This document shows positions 53,649 through 61,444 of a stretch of 64,000 nt of DNA, in pieces. How positions within the stretch are numbered: the stretch's first letter is position 1; the number at the start of each line of letters is the position of its first letter. Source of the DNA: Gammaproteobacteria bacterium (lineage in GTDB: Bacteria; Pseudomonadota; Gammaproteobacteria; Eutrophobiales; Eutrophobiaceae); the NCBI GenBank assembly GCA_965221695.1, contig OZ244905.1:2144001-2208000 (forward strand), in the 5' to 3' direction. The notes beneath the pieces are model-generated. The model saw only the letters and a program-made list of their open reading frames with translations, ran no database searches and was not told where the DNA came from. A program made the position numbers and the translations under genes.

Positions 53649-55766
53649 TTGCGATGGTTCAGGTCAACGCCGCGCGGAATTGCCGTACCCGCAGCCGCTC
53701 CAACAAATTCTGCGCCGGTTGGCCCGGCAATCAAGTCAGCGCCGCGCGGATTTATCCTGCCCGCGCTGGTAACCCTGCTCCTGTATGCGGGCGCGTCCAG
53801 CGCGTTGGAACCGCCGGCCCTGGAAGAGTTTGCGATGCTGCCGATGGTACGGGATGTGGATTTGTCCCCGTCCGGTGAGCATGTTGCCGTGATGCGCCTG
53901 CCCGGCCCCGGTCAGAACTATGTGGTGGATGTCTACGAGACCGCCCGACTTGATGAAGACCCGTATACCCTGGGCTCGGAACACATGGATATCGTCAGGG
54001 TCGACTGGGCCAATGACCGGCGCTTGCTAATCATCACGCGCCAGCCGGTGGAGGTGCCGGGACGGCGTGTTGGCTACAACAGGCACAGCGTCGGCGCGTC
54101 CGGCAAGGTAAAGACCTACGCGTGGAAGCTGCTGTCGGTAGGCATCGACGGCGGGCGCTGGGTCGAGTTGCCGAGCAAGTCCAATATTACCCGCTTCGCG
54201 TTCGAGACCTATGTGCAGCGTCTGTTCAGGCCCAGGATGATTTCGCGTCTTCCCAAGGAAGAGGATTGGGTGTTACTGGAGTGGGCCAATTCCGAGAAGA
54301 GTGGCACAGAGGTGTTTAAGGTGAACGTGAACAACGGCCAGGCGCGCCCGGAGTTCAAACACTCGGCGGACTTCCTCGGTTACGTGTTCGACAAAGAAGG
54401 AGACGCACGCGTACGCAGCCGCGCCAACCGGAACGACAATACCGTTACCCTGCAATTCCGCACCGGCATAGAAGGCGGCTGGAGCGATTGGACCGACTGG
54501 CTGACTTGGGACGTGGATGCGGATCGCTACGTGGAAGTCCTGGCTTTTGAGTCACCGGACTACAACAGGGCCTATGTACGCTGGGCCAGGGACCGTGACA
54601 CGCAAGGTATCTACCTGTTCGACATGAAGAATCCAGACGCGGAACCGGAGCTGCTGTTCGCAATCGACCGTTATGACGCCCAAGATGTTGTCGTCGCCTG
54701 TGTGTCGCAGGAGTGCGTGGATGGAGACGAGGACCCGCCAATAGTCGGGTTTTATTACGTGGGCGATGGCCCCAGCATTTACTATGTTGACGAGGCCGCC
54801 GCGGCCTTGCAGGCGTCCATTGACGCGGCGCTGCCGGCGGGCAATTTCAATCGCATTCATGACCGGGCGAAAGAGGACAAGTACATCATCATCCGCTCCA
54901 TGGGGCCGCAAGAGCCGGGCCGTTACTACCTGTTGGAGGACCGTTCCCGGCTGCGGTTGCTGGGCCGGGCATCCACGATAGAACCCGAACAGTTCGGCGA
55001 GCGCAAGGTCATCTGGTACGAGGCCCGCGACGGCATGAAGCTGAACGCGGTGCTGACCTTGCCCACCCACGGCGAACCGCCGTATCCGGCCATTGCCCAC
55101 CCGCACGGCGGCCCGCGCAGCCGCGATTCCCTGCACTGGAACTCGTCTTTCTGGGACGAGTGGCCACAATTGCTGGCGACCCGCGGCTACGCGGTGCTGC
55201 AACCCAACTACCGCGGCTCCACGGGCTTCGGTTTCGACTATTACAGCGCCGGGAACAAGGAGTGGGGTTACAAGATGCAGGACGATGTGGACGACGGCAT
55301 GCATTACCTGGTGGAACAGGGCATCGCCGACCCGGACAGGATGGCGATCTTCGGCTGGAGTTACGGCGGCTACTCGGCGATGGTAGGCGCGCTACGCGAT
55401 CCCAATATCTACCGCTGCGCGATCCCGGGCGCCGGGGTCAGCAGCATGGAGTTGATCGAGAAGGAAGCATGGCATTACCGGTTCCGGGACGTGATCCAGA
55501 TATGGCGCGGCGGACTGTCTCCGCTCCGCCATATGGACGCGGTGAATGTGCCCGTGCTGCTGGTGCACGGCGATCGCGACCTGATTGTGCCTATCAAGCA
55601 CAGCGACCTGTTTGCCCGGGAACTGGAAAAACGCGGCAAGCCCTACAAGTACCTGAAACTGGTGGACGCCGCACACACGGTCGACACCCTGAGCTACCGC
55701 CATTACCTGGAGTTCTACCGCACGCTGCTGGATTTTCTGGCCGATGATTGCGGGTTGCAAGGTTGA
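53649..55766 (+). CDS. S9 family (prolyl oligopeptidase / acylaminoacyl) peptidase, exported
   Basis: HPHGGP, QPNYRGSTGFG, nucleophile GWSYGG, HGDRD, AAH. Start uncertain (TTG at 53613 or 53649). Confidence 0.9.
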   Translation: MRWFRSTPRGIAVPAAAPTNSAPVGPAIKSAPRGFILPALVTLLLYAGASSALEPPALEEFAMLPMVRDVDLSPSGEHVAVMRLPGPGQNYVVDVYETARLDEDPYTLGSEHMDIVRVDWANDRRLLIITRQPVEVPGRRVGYNRHSVGASGKVKTYAWKLLSVGIDGGRWVELPSKSNITRFAFETYVQRLFRPRMISRLPKEEDWVLLEWANSEKSGTEVFKVNVNNGQARPEFKHSADFLGYVFDKEGDARVRSRANRNDNTVTLQFRTGIEGGWSDWTDWLTWDVDADRYVEVLAFESPDYNRAYVRWARDRDTQGIYLFDMKNPDAEPELLFAIDRYDAQDVVVACVSQECVDGDEDPPIVGFYYVGDGPSIYYVDEAAAALQASIDAALPAGNFNRIHDRAKEDKYIIIRSMGPQEPGRYYLLEDRSRLRLLGRASTIEPEQFGERKVIWYEARDGMKLNAVLTLPTHGEPPYPAIAHPHGGPRSRDSLHWNSSFWDEWPQLLATRGYAVLQPNYRGSTGFGFDYYSAGNKEWGYKMQDDVDDGMHYLVEQGIADPDRMAIFGWSYGGYSAMVGALRDPNIYRCAIPGAGVSSMELIEKEAWHYRFRDVIQIWRGGLSPLRHMDAVNVPVLLVHGDRDLIVPIKHSDLFARELEKRGKPYKYLKLVDAAHTVDTLSYRHYLEFYRTLLDFLADDCGLQG

Positions 55767-55825
55767 CAGTCCAGGCCGCCGCGACACCCGGATACCGTGT
55801 CGCCCTTCGGGTGCCCCTTTATCCA

Positions 55826-55850
55826 CTGGATACCCGTTTCCACGGGAATG
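55826..55850. repeat. Degenerate palindromic intergenic repeat
   Basis: CTGGATACCCGTTTCCACGGGAATG resembles the widespread ATTCCC-N8-GGGAAT (dRS3/RPE-like) palindromes. Confidence 0.4.
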
Positions 55851-55958
55851 GGGCGGGGGCGCGACCCGTTTCATCTGAGAACTTGGCTGCGACCCGGAAC
55901 CGCTTGTGTGCTAAACTAGGACTGGAGTGTAAACAGTCCGACAGCTCTTGAGCATGGT

Positions 55959-57083
55959 ATGAGCAGGGAACATCACATGCCGCCGGCTGGAGGCAGAGGT
56001 TCCGAAGAAATGCACAGTGTTGTAACCCCCCCGGATTTTCGGCTGCCGCCGGAACAGGTTCCCGAGACGGTTGTCGAACACCTCGCGAATGAGGAGCGGG
56101 ACGCGTGTATGCGTCAGATCAAGCGGCTGCTGCGGGAACAGAATGCCGTATTGGTCGCGCATTACTACACTGACCCGGATCTGCAACGGCTCGCGGATGA
56201 AACCGGCGGCCATGTATCCGATTCCCTGGATATGGCGCGCTTTGGCCACGAATCCGACGCGACCACGCTGGTCGTCTGCGGCGTGCGTTTCATGGGCGAG
56301 ACGGCAAAGATACTGAACCCGGAAAAACGGGTGCTGATGCCGGAACTGCAAGCTGATTGCTCCTTGGACCTGGGTTGCCCCGGTGACGCGTTCAACGCCT
56401 TTTGCGACAGCTATCCGGACCGTACCGTCGTGGTCTATGCCAATACCAGCGCCGCAGTGAAAGCGCGCGCCGACTGGATGGTCACGTCTGGCAGCGCGGT
56501 GGAAGTGGTCAGACACCTGGCGGAACAAGGAGAAAAAATCATCTGGGCGCCGGATAAGTACCTGGGCGAATATGTGCGTGAGCAATCCGGCGCGGACATG
56601 ATGTTATGGCAAGGTAGTTGCATCGTCCACGAGGAGTTCAAGGGCAGGGAGCTGGGAGAACTGAGACAAAAACACCCCGCCGCCAAGGTATTGGCGCACC
56701 CGGAATCACCGGCCCCGGTCATTGCCCAGGCCGACGTGGTCAGTTCCACCACGGGCATCATCAAGGCGGCGACCGAACTGGCGTCCGATACGTTCATTGT
56801 CGCAACCGATAAGGGCATCTTCTACAAGATGCAACAGGCCGCGCCGGACAAGACCTTTATCGAAGCGCCCACAGCCGGCCGGGGAGCCACCTGCAAAAGT
56901 TGCGGCCACTGCCCGTGGATGGCGATGAACAGCCTGACAAAGCTGCTGGAAACACTCCGTTCGGGCGCCAACGAGGTATTTGTCGAAAAGGAGATCATCG
57001 AACGCGCCCGCATACCGATAGAGCGGCTGCTGAACTTTGCCGCGCAACGCAAACAGGTCATCTACGGCAACAGCGACGCCTGA
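55959..57083 (+). CDS. nadA: Quinolinate synthase
   Basis: [40 protein letters not shown]. Confidence 0.97.
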   Translation: MSREHHMPPAGGRGSEEMHSVVTPPDFRLPPEQVPETVVEHLANEERDACMRQIKRLLREQNAVLVAHYYTDPDLQRLADETGGHVSDSLDMARFGHESDATTLVVCGVRFMGETAKILNPEKRVLMPELQADCSLDLGCPGDAFNAFCDSYPDRTVVVYANTSAAVKARADWMVTSGSAVEVVRHLAEQGEKIIWAPDKYLGEYVREQSGADMMLWQGSCIVHEEFKGRELGELRQKHPAAKVLAHPESPAPVIAQADVVSSTTGIIKAATELASDTFIVATDKGIFYKMQQAAPDKTFIEAPTAGRGATCKSCGHCPWMAMNSLTKLLETLRSGANEVFVEKEIIERARIPIERLLNFAAQRKQVIYGNSDA

Positions 57084-57125
57084 CCCAAGCGTCATAATCG
57101 CACCGCCCAGATTTTTTCCGTTTTT

Positions 57126-57141
57126 TGTGAGTTTTATCACA
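57126..57141. promoter_or_regulatory. CRP-family binding site
   Basis: Perfect TGTGA-N6-TCACA core, centred at 57133.5. Confidence 0.65.
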
Positions 57142-57159
57142 AAAACGCGAAAGTTTTCT

Positions 57160-57188
57160 TTGCCGAACAGAACATCTTTTCTCAGAAT
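57160..57188 (+). promoter_or_regulatory. Candidate weak sigma70 promoter reading into the tRNA-like array
   Basis: TTGCCG-17-CAGAAT. Predicted +1 at about 57195 places the CRP box at -61.5. Confidence 0.5.
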
Positions 57189-57196
57189 GGGCTGAT

Positions 57197-57227
57197 AAAA
57201 AACCCGTCCCCCTAAGGAGACGGGTTT
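57197..57227 (-). terminator. Intrinsic terminator, unit 1 (minus strand)
   Basis: Minus strand reads CCCGTCTCC-TTAG-GGGGACGGG-TTTTTT. The C-A mismatch on the + strand is a G-U pair on the - strand. Confidence 0.8.
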
Positions 57228-57232
57228 ATTCT

Positions 57233-57335
57233 GCCCAGGTGGTGAAATCGGCAAACACAGGGGACTGCCACTCCCCCGGCCTCTGTAGCGAAACCTACAT
57301 GCCTTACGGGTTCGAGCCCCGTCCTGGGCACACCA
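57233..57335 (+). tRNA. Atypical tRNA-like gene: tRNA-Leu-type body with GCC (Gly) anticodon
   Basis: Acceptor GCCCAGG/CCTGGGC; D arm GTG/CAC with GG; anticodon stem GGGGA/TCCCC with loop CT-GCC-AC; 29-nt variable region; T arm ACGGG-TTCGAGC-CCCGT; A73, then CACCA. Confidence 0.65.
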
Positions 57336-57350
57336 TAGGCGCCAACAGCC

Positions 57351-57379
57351 ATTATCGTGGCCGGCGCAGGACTTGTCAA
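57351..57379 (-). promoter_or_regulatory. Sigma70 promoter, unit 1 (minus strand)
   Basis: TTGACA (57379-57374), 17-bp spacer, GATAAT (57356-57351). Confidence 0.8.
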
Positions 57380-57385
57380 TATGAT

Positions 57386-57417
57386 AAAAAAACCCGTCCC
57401 CCGAAAGGGACGGGTTT
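57386..57417 (-). terminator. Intrinsic terminator, unit 2 (minus strand)
   Basis: Minus strand reads CCCGTCCCT-TTCG-GGGGACGGG-TTTTTTT, with a UUCG tetraloop. Confidence 0.8.
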
Positions 57418-57422
57418 ATTCT

Positions 57423-57525
57423 GCCCAGGTGGTGAAAACGGTAAACACAGGGGACTGTCACTCCCCCGGCCTCTGTAGTCAGACCTACATGCCTTACGGG
57501 TTCGAGCCCCGTCCTGGGCACACCA
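57423..57525 (+). tRNA. Atypical tRNA-like gene: tRNA-Leu-type body with GTC (Asp) anticodon
   Basis: Same cloverleaf as 57233-57335; anticodon loop CT-GTC-AC (anticodon 57457-57459). Confidence 0.65.
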
Positions 57526-57540
57526 TAGGCGCCAACAGCC

Positions 57541-57569
57541 ATTATCGTAGCCGTACAGGGGGCTGTCAA
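57541..57569 (-). promoter_or_regulatory. Sigma70 promoter, unit 2 (minus strand)
   Basis: TTGACA (57569-57564), 17-bp spacer, GATAAT (57546-57541). Spacer sequence has diverged from unit 1, but both hexamers and the spacing are kept. Confidence 0.8.
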
Positions 57570-57679
57570 CAACATTTCGCGTACAGAAATCCGCGCGCAA
57601 TATATCAAGATATGCGTCTGCCCTGACTTGAATTATAAAACCATAAATGGGAACATTCCGTTAAAACCCGGAAAGAGAT

Positions 57680-58426
57680 ATGGCAGGACACAGCAAGTGG
57701 GCGAACATCCAGCATCGCAAGGGCCGACAGGACGCCAAGCGAGGTAAATTATTCAGCAGGTTGATCCGCGAGGTCACGGTATCCGCCCGGCTCGGCGGCC
57801 CCGACCCGGACGGTAACCCGAGGTTGCGCGCGGCCATCGACAATGCGCTGGCCGGCAACATGCCCAAGGACACCATCGAACGGGCTGTGAAGCGCGGCGC
57901 GGGCGGCGCGGAAGGCGAAAGCCTGGAAGAAGTGCGCTACGAAGGATACGGACCGGGCGGGGTCGCGGTAATGGTTGATTGCATGACTGACAACCGTAAC
58001 CGCACTGTCGCTGAGGTGCGGCACGCCTTCTCCAAATGTGGCGGCAATCTTGGCACTGACGGTTCCGTCGCATACCTGTTTTCCAAGGTTGGGCAGCTTT
58101 CCTACCCGTCTGGCACCGATGATGACGCCTTGTTGGAGGCTGCGTTGGAAGCGGGCGCGGAGGATATTGCAAACAATGATGACGGAACCGTTGACGTCTT
58201 GACCACACCGGAAGACTTTCTCGACGTCAGGGACAGCTTGGTTGAGACAGGTTTCCCGCCCGATGCCGCAGAGGTAACGATGCGCGCGGCAACCGGGCAG
58301 ACGCTGGACTTGCGTGGCGCGCAGACCATGACGTTGCTACTGGACACGCTGGAAGACCTGAACGATGTGCAGAAAGTGTATTCCAACGCGGATATTCCCG
58401 ATGAAATCCTGGCCCAGCTTGATTGA
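57680..58426 (+). CDS. yebC: YebC/PmpR family protein
   Basis: [30 protein letters not shown]. Confidence 0.97.
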   Translation: MAGHSKWANIQHRKGRQDAKRGKLFSRLIREVTVSARLGGPDPDGNPRLRAAIDNALAGNMPKDTIERAVKRGAGGAEGESLEEVRYEGYGPGGVAVMVDCMTDNRNRTVAEVRHAFSKCGGNLGTDGSVAYLFSKVGQLSYPSGTDDDALLEAALEAGAEDIANNDDGTVDVLTTPEDFLDVRDSLVETGFPPDAAEVTMRAATGQTLDLRGAQTMTLLLDTLEDLNDVQKVYSNADIPDEILAQLD

Positions 58427-58472
58427 CTGTGGAACTGGCGCGCGCCAGGCGGCGCGCAAACGTTGACAACCC

Positions 58473-59018
58473 ATGACTGATACCGGCGTCAGGCGCGAAA
58501 CGATACGAATTCTCGGCATTGACCCCGGGTCTTTGCATACCGGGTACGGTCTCATCGACATGGACGGAAATCGGGCCGTGCATGTCGCGCACGGCCAGAT
58601 AACAACCCAGGCAGGAGAGTTGTCCGATAAACTGCGTCAGATCTTCCGCGGCATCAGCTCGGCAATCAGCGAATTCGAGCCGGACGAATGCGCGGTGGAA
58701 AAAGTCTTCATGTATCGCAATGCCGATTCGGCGCTGAAACTGGGACAGTCGCGCGGCGCCGCCATCACCGTTTGCGCCGAGCGTAACCTGCCAGTGTTTG
58801 AATATACGGCCAACCAGGTCAAACAGGCCACCGTGGGCAAAGGTCATGCGGAGAAAGCTCAGGTGCAATACATGGTCAAAGTCCTGTTATGCCTGGCCAG
58901 CATTCCCCAGTCGGATGCCGCGGACGCGCTGGCGGTCGCCCTGTGCCATGGGCATTCGCGGGAGAACCTGTTGCGCCTCAAGCAAGTTTCAACGGCCCGG
59001 CCGGGACGCTCCCTGTGA
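58473..59018 (+). CDS. ruvC: Holliday junction resolvase RuvC
   Basis: ILGIDPG, AVEKVF, LKLGQSRG, DAADALAVALCH. Confidence 0.97.
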   Translation: MTDTGVRRETIRILGIDPGSLHTGYGLIDMDGNRAVHVAHGQITTQAGELSDKLRQIFRGISSAISEFEPDECAVEKVFMYRNADSALKLGQSRGAAITVCAERNLPVFEYTANQVKQATVGKGHAEKAQVQYMVKVLLCLASIPQSDAADALAVALCHGHSRENLLRLKQVSTARPGRSL

Positions 59019-59629
59019 TCGGTTTTTTGCGCGGCAGGATAGTGACAAAACAACCGCCAGGATTGCTCCTGGATGTGCATGGGATTGGCTACGAACTGGA
59101 GGCGTCGATGAATACGTTCTACCAGTTGCCGGACCCAGGCGAGGAAGTCGAACTCCTGACTCACCTGTCGGTACGAGAAGATTCCCATACTCTGTACGGC
59201 TTCAGCAGCGAGGATGAGCGCGGCCTGTTCCGCGCGCTGATCAAGGTCAATGGGGTGGGAGCCAAAATGGCGTTGACGATCCTATCGGGAATCAGCGCGG
59301 CGGAGTTCGGAGATTGTATCGAAATGGGCGATGCGGTCCGGCTTCAGCGTCTGCCGGGCGTGGGAAAAAAGACCGCGCAGCGGCTCATTGTGGAACTGCG
59401 CGACCGTCCGGATGACTGGCGCATCGCCGGCGCGCCTGGTAAGGATGCCGACGGACCCCGTTCCAGGGCTGTTGACCCGGTCAACGAGGCGGTAAGCGCC
59501 TTGATTACCCTGGGCTACAGGCCCCAGGAGGCCAGTCGCATGGCGCTTCGGGCTGCTGAGGATATGGGCGCCGACGATATGAATAGCGAAGCCCTGATCC
59601 GCTCTGCCTTGAAGGCCGCGCTGATGTGA
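59015..59629 (+). CDS. ruvA: Holliday junction DNA-binding protein RuvA
   Basis: GTG start overlapping the ruvC stop; [35 protein letters not shown]. Confidence 0.97.
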   Translation: MIGFLRGRIVTKQPPGLLLDVHGIGYELEASMNTFYQLPDPGEEVELLTHLSVREDSHTLYGFSSEDERGLFRALIKVNGVGAKMALTILSGISAAEFGDCIEMGDAVRLQRLPGVGKKTAQRLIVELRDRPDDWRIAGAPGKDADGPRSRAVDPVNEAVSALITLGYRPQEASRMALRAAEDMGADDMNSEALIRSALKAALM

Positions 59630-59643
59630 AAGCGGGCGCGAGT

Positions 59644-60696
59644 ATGAGCGAACCCAATCCGGTTATTTCAGCGCGCAGCTCAGCGGAAGACGTCGCCGCG
59701 GAAAATACCTTGCGGCCGCGCCGTCTCAGCGATTATCGCGGCCAGCCCGTGGCGCGCGAACAGATGGAAATTTTCGTCAGCGCCGCCAGACAACGATCCG
59801 AGGCCATGGATCACGTGCTGATTTTCGGTCCTCCCGGCCTTGGAAAAACGACCCTGGCGCATATTATTGCCAATGAACTGGGCGTGAACTTGCGCCAGAC
59901 TTCAGGCCCGGTGCTGGAACGCCCCGGCGACCTGGCGGCGCTGCTGACCAACCTGGAACACAGAGATGTGTTGTTTATCGACGAAATTCACCGATTGAGC
60001 CCGGTGGTGGAGGAGATTCTCTACCCGGCGATGGAGGATTACCAGATAGACATCATGATCGGAGAAGGGCCGGCGGCGCGGGCCATCAAACTGGATGTCC
60101 CGCACTTTACGCTGGTCGGCGCCACCACTCGGGCGGGCCTGCTGACGTCCCCCCTGCGCGACCGTTTCGGCATCGTGCAGAGACTGGAGTTTTATTCCAT
60201 TGAAGACCTGGCCGATATCGTGATGCGTTCAGCGAAAATCCTGGGTGTGCCTACGGTCCCGGCGGGCGCCAGCGCTATCGCCGCCCGCGCCCGCGGGACA
60301 CCGCGAATTGCCAATCGCCTGTTGCGTCGGGCGCGTGATTACAGCGAAGTCAAGGAGGACGGCAGCATCAGCGAAGCGACCGCTTCCCGCGCCTTGGATA
60401 TGCTGAATGTAGACGGCTCCGGGTTTGACATGATGGATCGCAAATTGCTGCTGGCCATCATAGAGAAATTCGACGGCGGGCCGGTAGGGATAGACAGCAT
60501 TGCCGCGGCGCTGGGAGAAGTCAAGGATACGATAGAAGACGTCATAGAACCTTATCTGATACAACAGGGCTTCATAATACGCACGGCCCGCGGCCGCATG
60601 GCAACCCGACATGCCTGGACACATTTCGGCCTGCCCGTGCCGAAAAGTCGAATGGTTGAGGAGGATTTATTTGATCAAATCGACACGGATGGATAA
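59644..60696 (+). CDS. ruvB: Holliday junction helicase RuvB
   Basis: [37 protein letters not shown]. Confidence 0.98.
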   Translation: MSEPNPVISARSSAEDVAAENTLRPRRLSDYRGQPVAREQMEIFVSAARQRSEAMDHVLIFGPPGLGKTTLAHIIANELGVNLRQTSGPVLERPGDLAALLTNLEHRDVLFIDEIHRLSPVVEEILYPAMEDYQIDIMIGEGPAARAIKLDVPHFTLVGATTRAGLLTSPLRDRFGIVQRLEFYSIEDLADIVMRSAKILGVPTVPAGASAIAARARGTPRIANRLLRRARDYSEVKEDGSISEATASRALDMLNVDGSGFDMMDRKLLLAIIEKFDGGPVGIDSIAAALGEVKDTIEDVIEPYLIQQGFIIRTARGRMATRHAWTHFGLPVPKSRMVEEDLFDQIDTDG

Positions 60697-60762
60697 TCTT
60701 AACGGCGTTACAACGTTACAGACAAAACCCCATGCCCCAATCAATCATTACGGACTCTAATC

Positions 60763-61437
60763 ATGACTCCTGACATGTCTTTTTTTCACCTGATTGTCAA
60801 TGCCAGTATTCCGGTACAGGCAGTCATGCTCATGCTCGTCGTCGCTTCCATCATGTCCTGGACGATGATATTCAAAAAACGCGTCACGCTGAACCAGGCC
60901 AAGCGCGCAGCCGACGCATTCGAGGAGCAATTCTGGTCGCTGGATGAGTTGACCCCCCTGTATGAGCGCATTAATCGGCAGCGCCATGAAGCCAGCGGTA
61001 TGGAACTCCTGTTTGAGGCCGGCTTCAGGGAGTTTGTGCGCCTCCAGAAAAACAGCGGCGTGGTCGCGGAGGCGATCATGGAAGGGTCGCAGCGCGCGAT
61101 GCGGGTTGCGCTCAACAGAGAACTTGAAGAGTTGGAGGCGCACCTGTCATTTCTTGCCACCGTGGGCTCAACCAGTCCCTATGTGGGCCTGTTCGGCACG
61201 GTATGGGGCATCATGAACAGTTTCCGCGCGCTGGGGAATGTGCAGCAAGCGTCGATTTCAATGGTGGCGCCAGGCATTGCCGAGGCCTTGATCGCGACGG
61301 CAATGGGCTTGTTTGCCGCAATCCCGGCGGTGATAGCCTATAATCGCTTTTCCAATGACGTGGAACGGTTAATCAACCGCTACGATACGTTTATTGAAGA
61401 GTTTTCTGCGATACTCCATCGCCAGGCGCACGGTTGA
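60763..61437 (+). CDS. tolQ: Tol-Pal system protein TolQ
   Basis: LATVGSTSPYVGLFGTVWGIM, APGIAEALIATAMGL. Confidence 0.96.
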   Translation: MTPDMSFFHLIVNASIPVQAVMLMLVVASIMSWTMIFKKRVTLNQAKRAADAFEEQFWSLDELTPLYERINRQRHEASGMELLFEAGFREFVRLQKNSGVVAEAIMEGSQRAMRVALNRELEELEAHLSFLATVGSTSPYVGLFGTVWGIMNSFRALGNVQQASISMVAPGIAEALIATAMGLFAAIPAVIAYNRFSNDVERLINRYDTFIEEFSAILHRQAHG

Positions 61438-61444
61438 AGCGGCT

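Larger units (their letters stand above)
57197..57344 (-). ncRNA. Predicted ~150-nt RNA antisense to tRNA-like copy 1
   Basis: Bounded by the TTGACA-17-GATAAT promoter and the U-tailed terminator on the same strand. Confidence 0.6.
57386..57534 (-). ncRNA. Predicted ~150-nt RNA antisense to tRNA-like copy 2
   Basis: Bounded by its own TTGACA-17-GATAAT promoter and U-tailed terminator. Confidence 0.6.
57193..57569. repeat. Tandem 2 x 190-bp non-coding repeat
   Basis: Unit 1 about 57193-57379, unit 2 about 57382-57569. Cloverleaf stems are identical. Differences are confined to loops, the terminator tip, the A-run length and the promoter spacer. Confidence 0.97.

Noticed and set aside
55900-55958. 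NAD riboswitch or NadQ/NrtR operator before nadA
   Set aside because: A hairpin and a short GCTC-TT-GAGC palindrome are present, but I cannot match them to a known consensus. Kept only as a low-interest note.
57233-57525. Ordinary tRNA-Gly and tRNA-Asp genes, or tRNA-Sec/tmRNA
   Set aside because: The long variable arm, A73 and Leu-type D arm do not fit Gly or Asp. The anticodon is not UCA. The units are far too short for tmRNA.
57193-57569. CRISPR array interpretation of the tandem repeat
   Set aside because: Only two long units, no short repeat/unique spacer pattern, and no cas genes in the window.
56706-57626. ORFs crossing the tandem array (56706..57608 -, 57239..57478 +, 57357..57626 +, 57376..57600 -) and a repeated peptide MAVGAYGVPRTGLEPVR
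   Set aside because: VPRTGLEPV is the typical translation of an antisense tRNA T-arm. The peptide's ATG overlaps the -10 box, so it lies outside the predicted transcript. Stops are not conserved between units, and the long ORF overlaps nadA antisense.
60706-60720. Direct repeat CGTTACA-A-CGTTACA before tolQ as a response-regulator site
   Set aside because: The 8-bp period does not fit the usual 10-11-bp OmpR-family spacing and could be chance.
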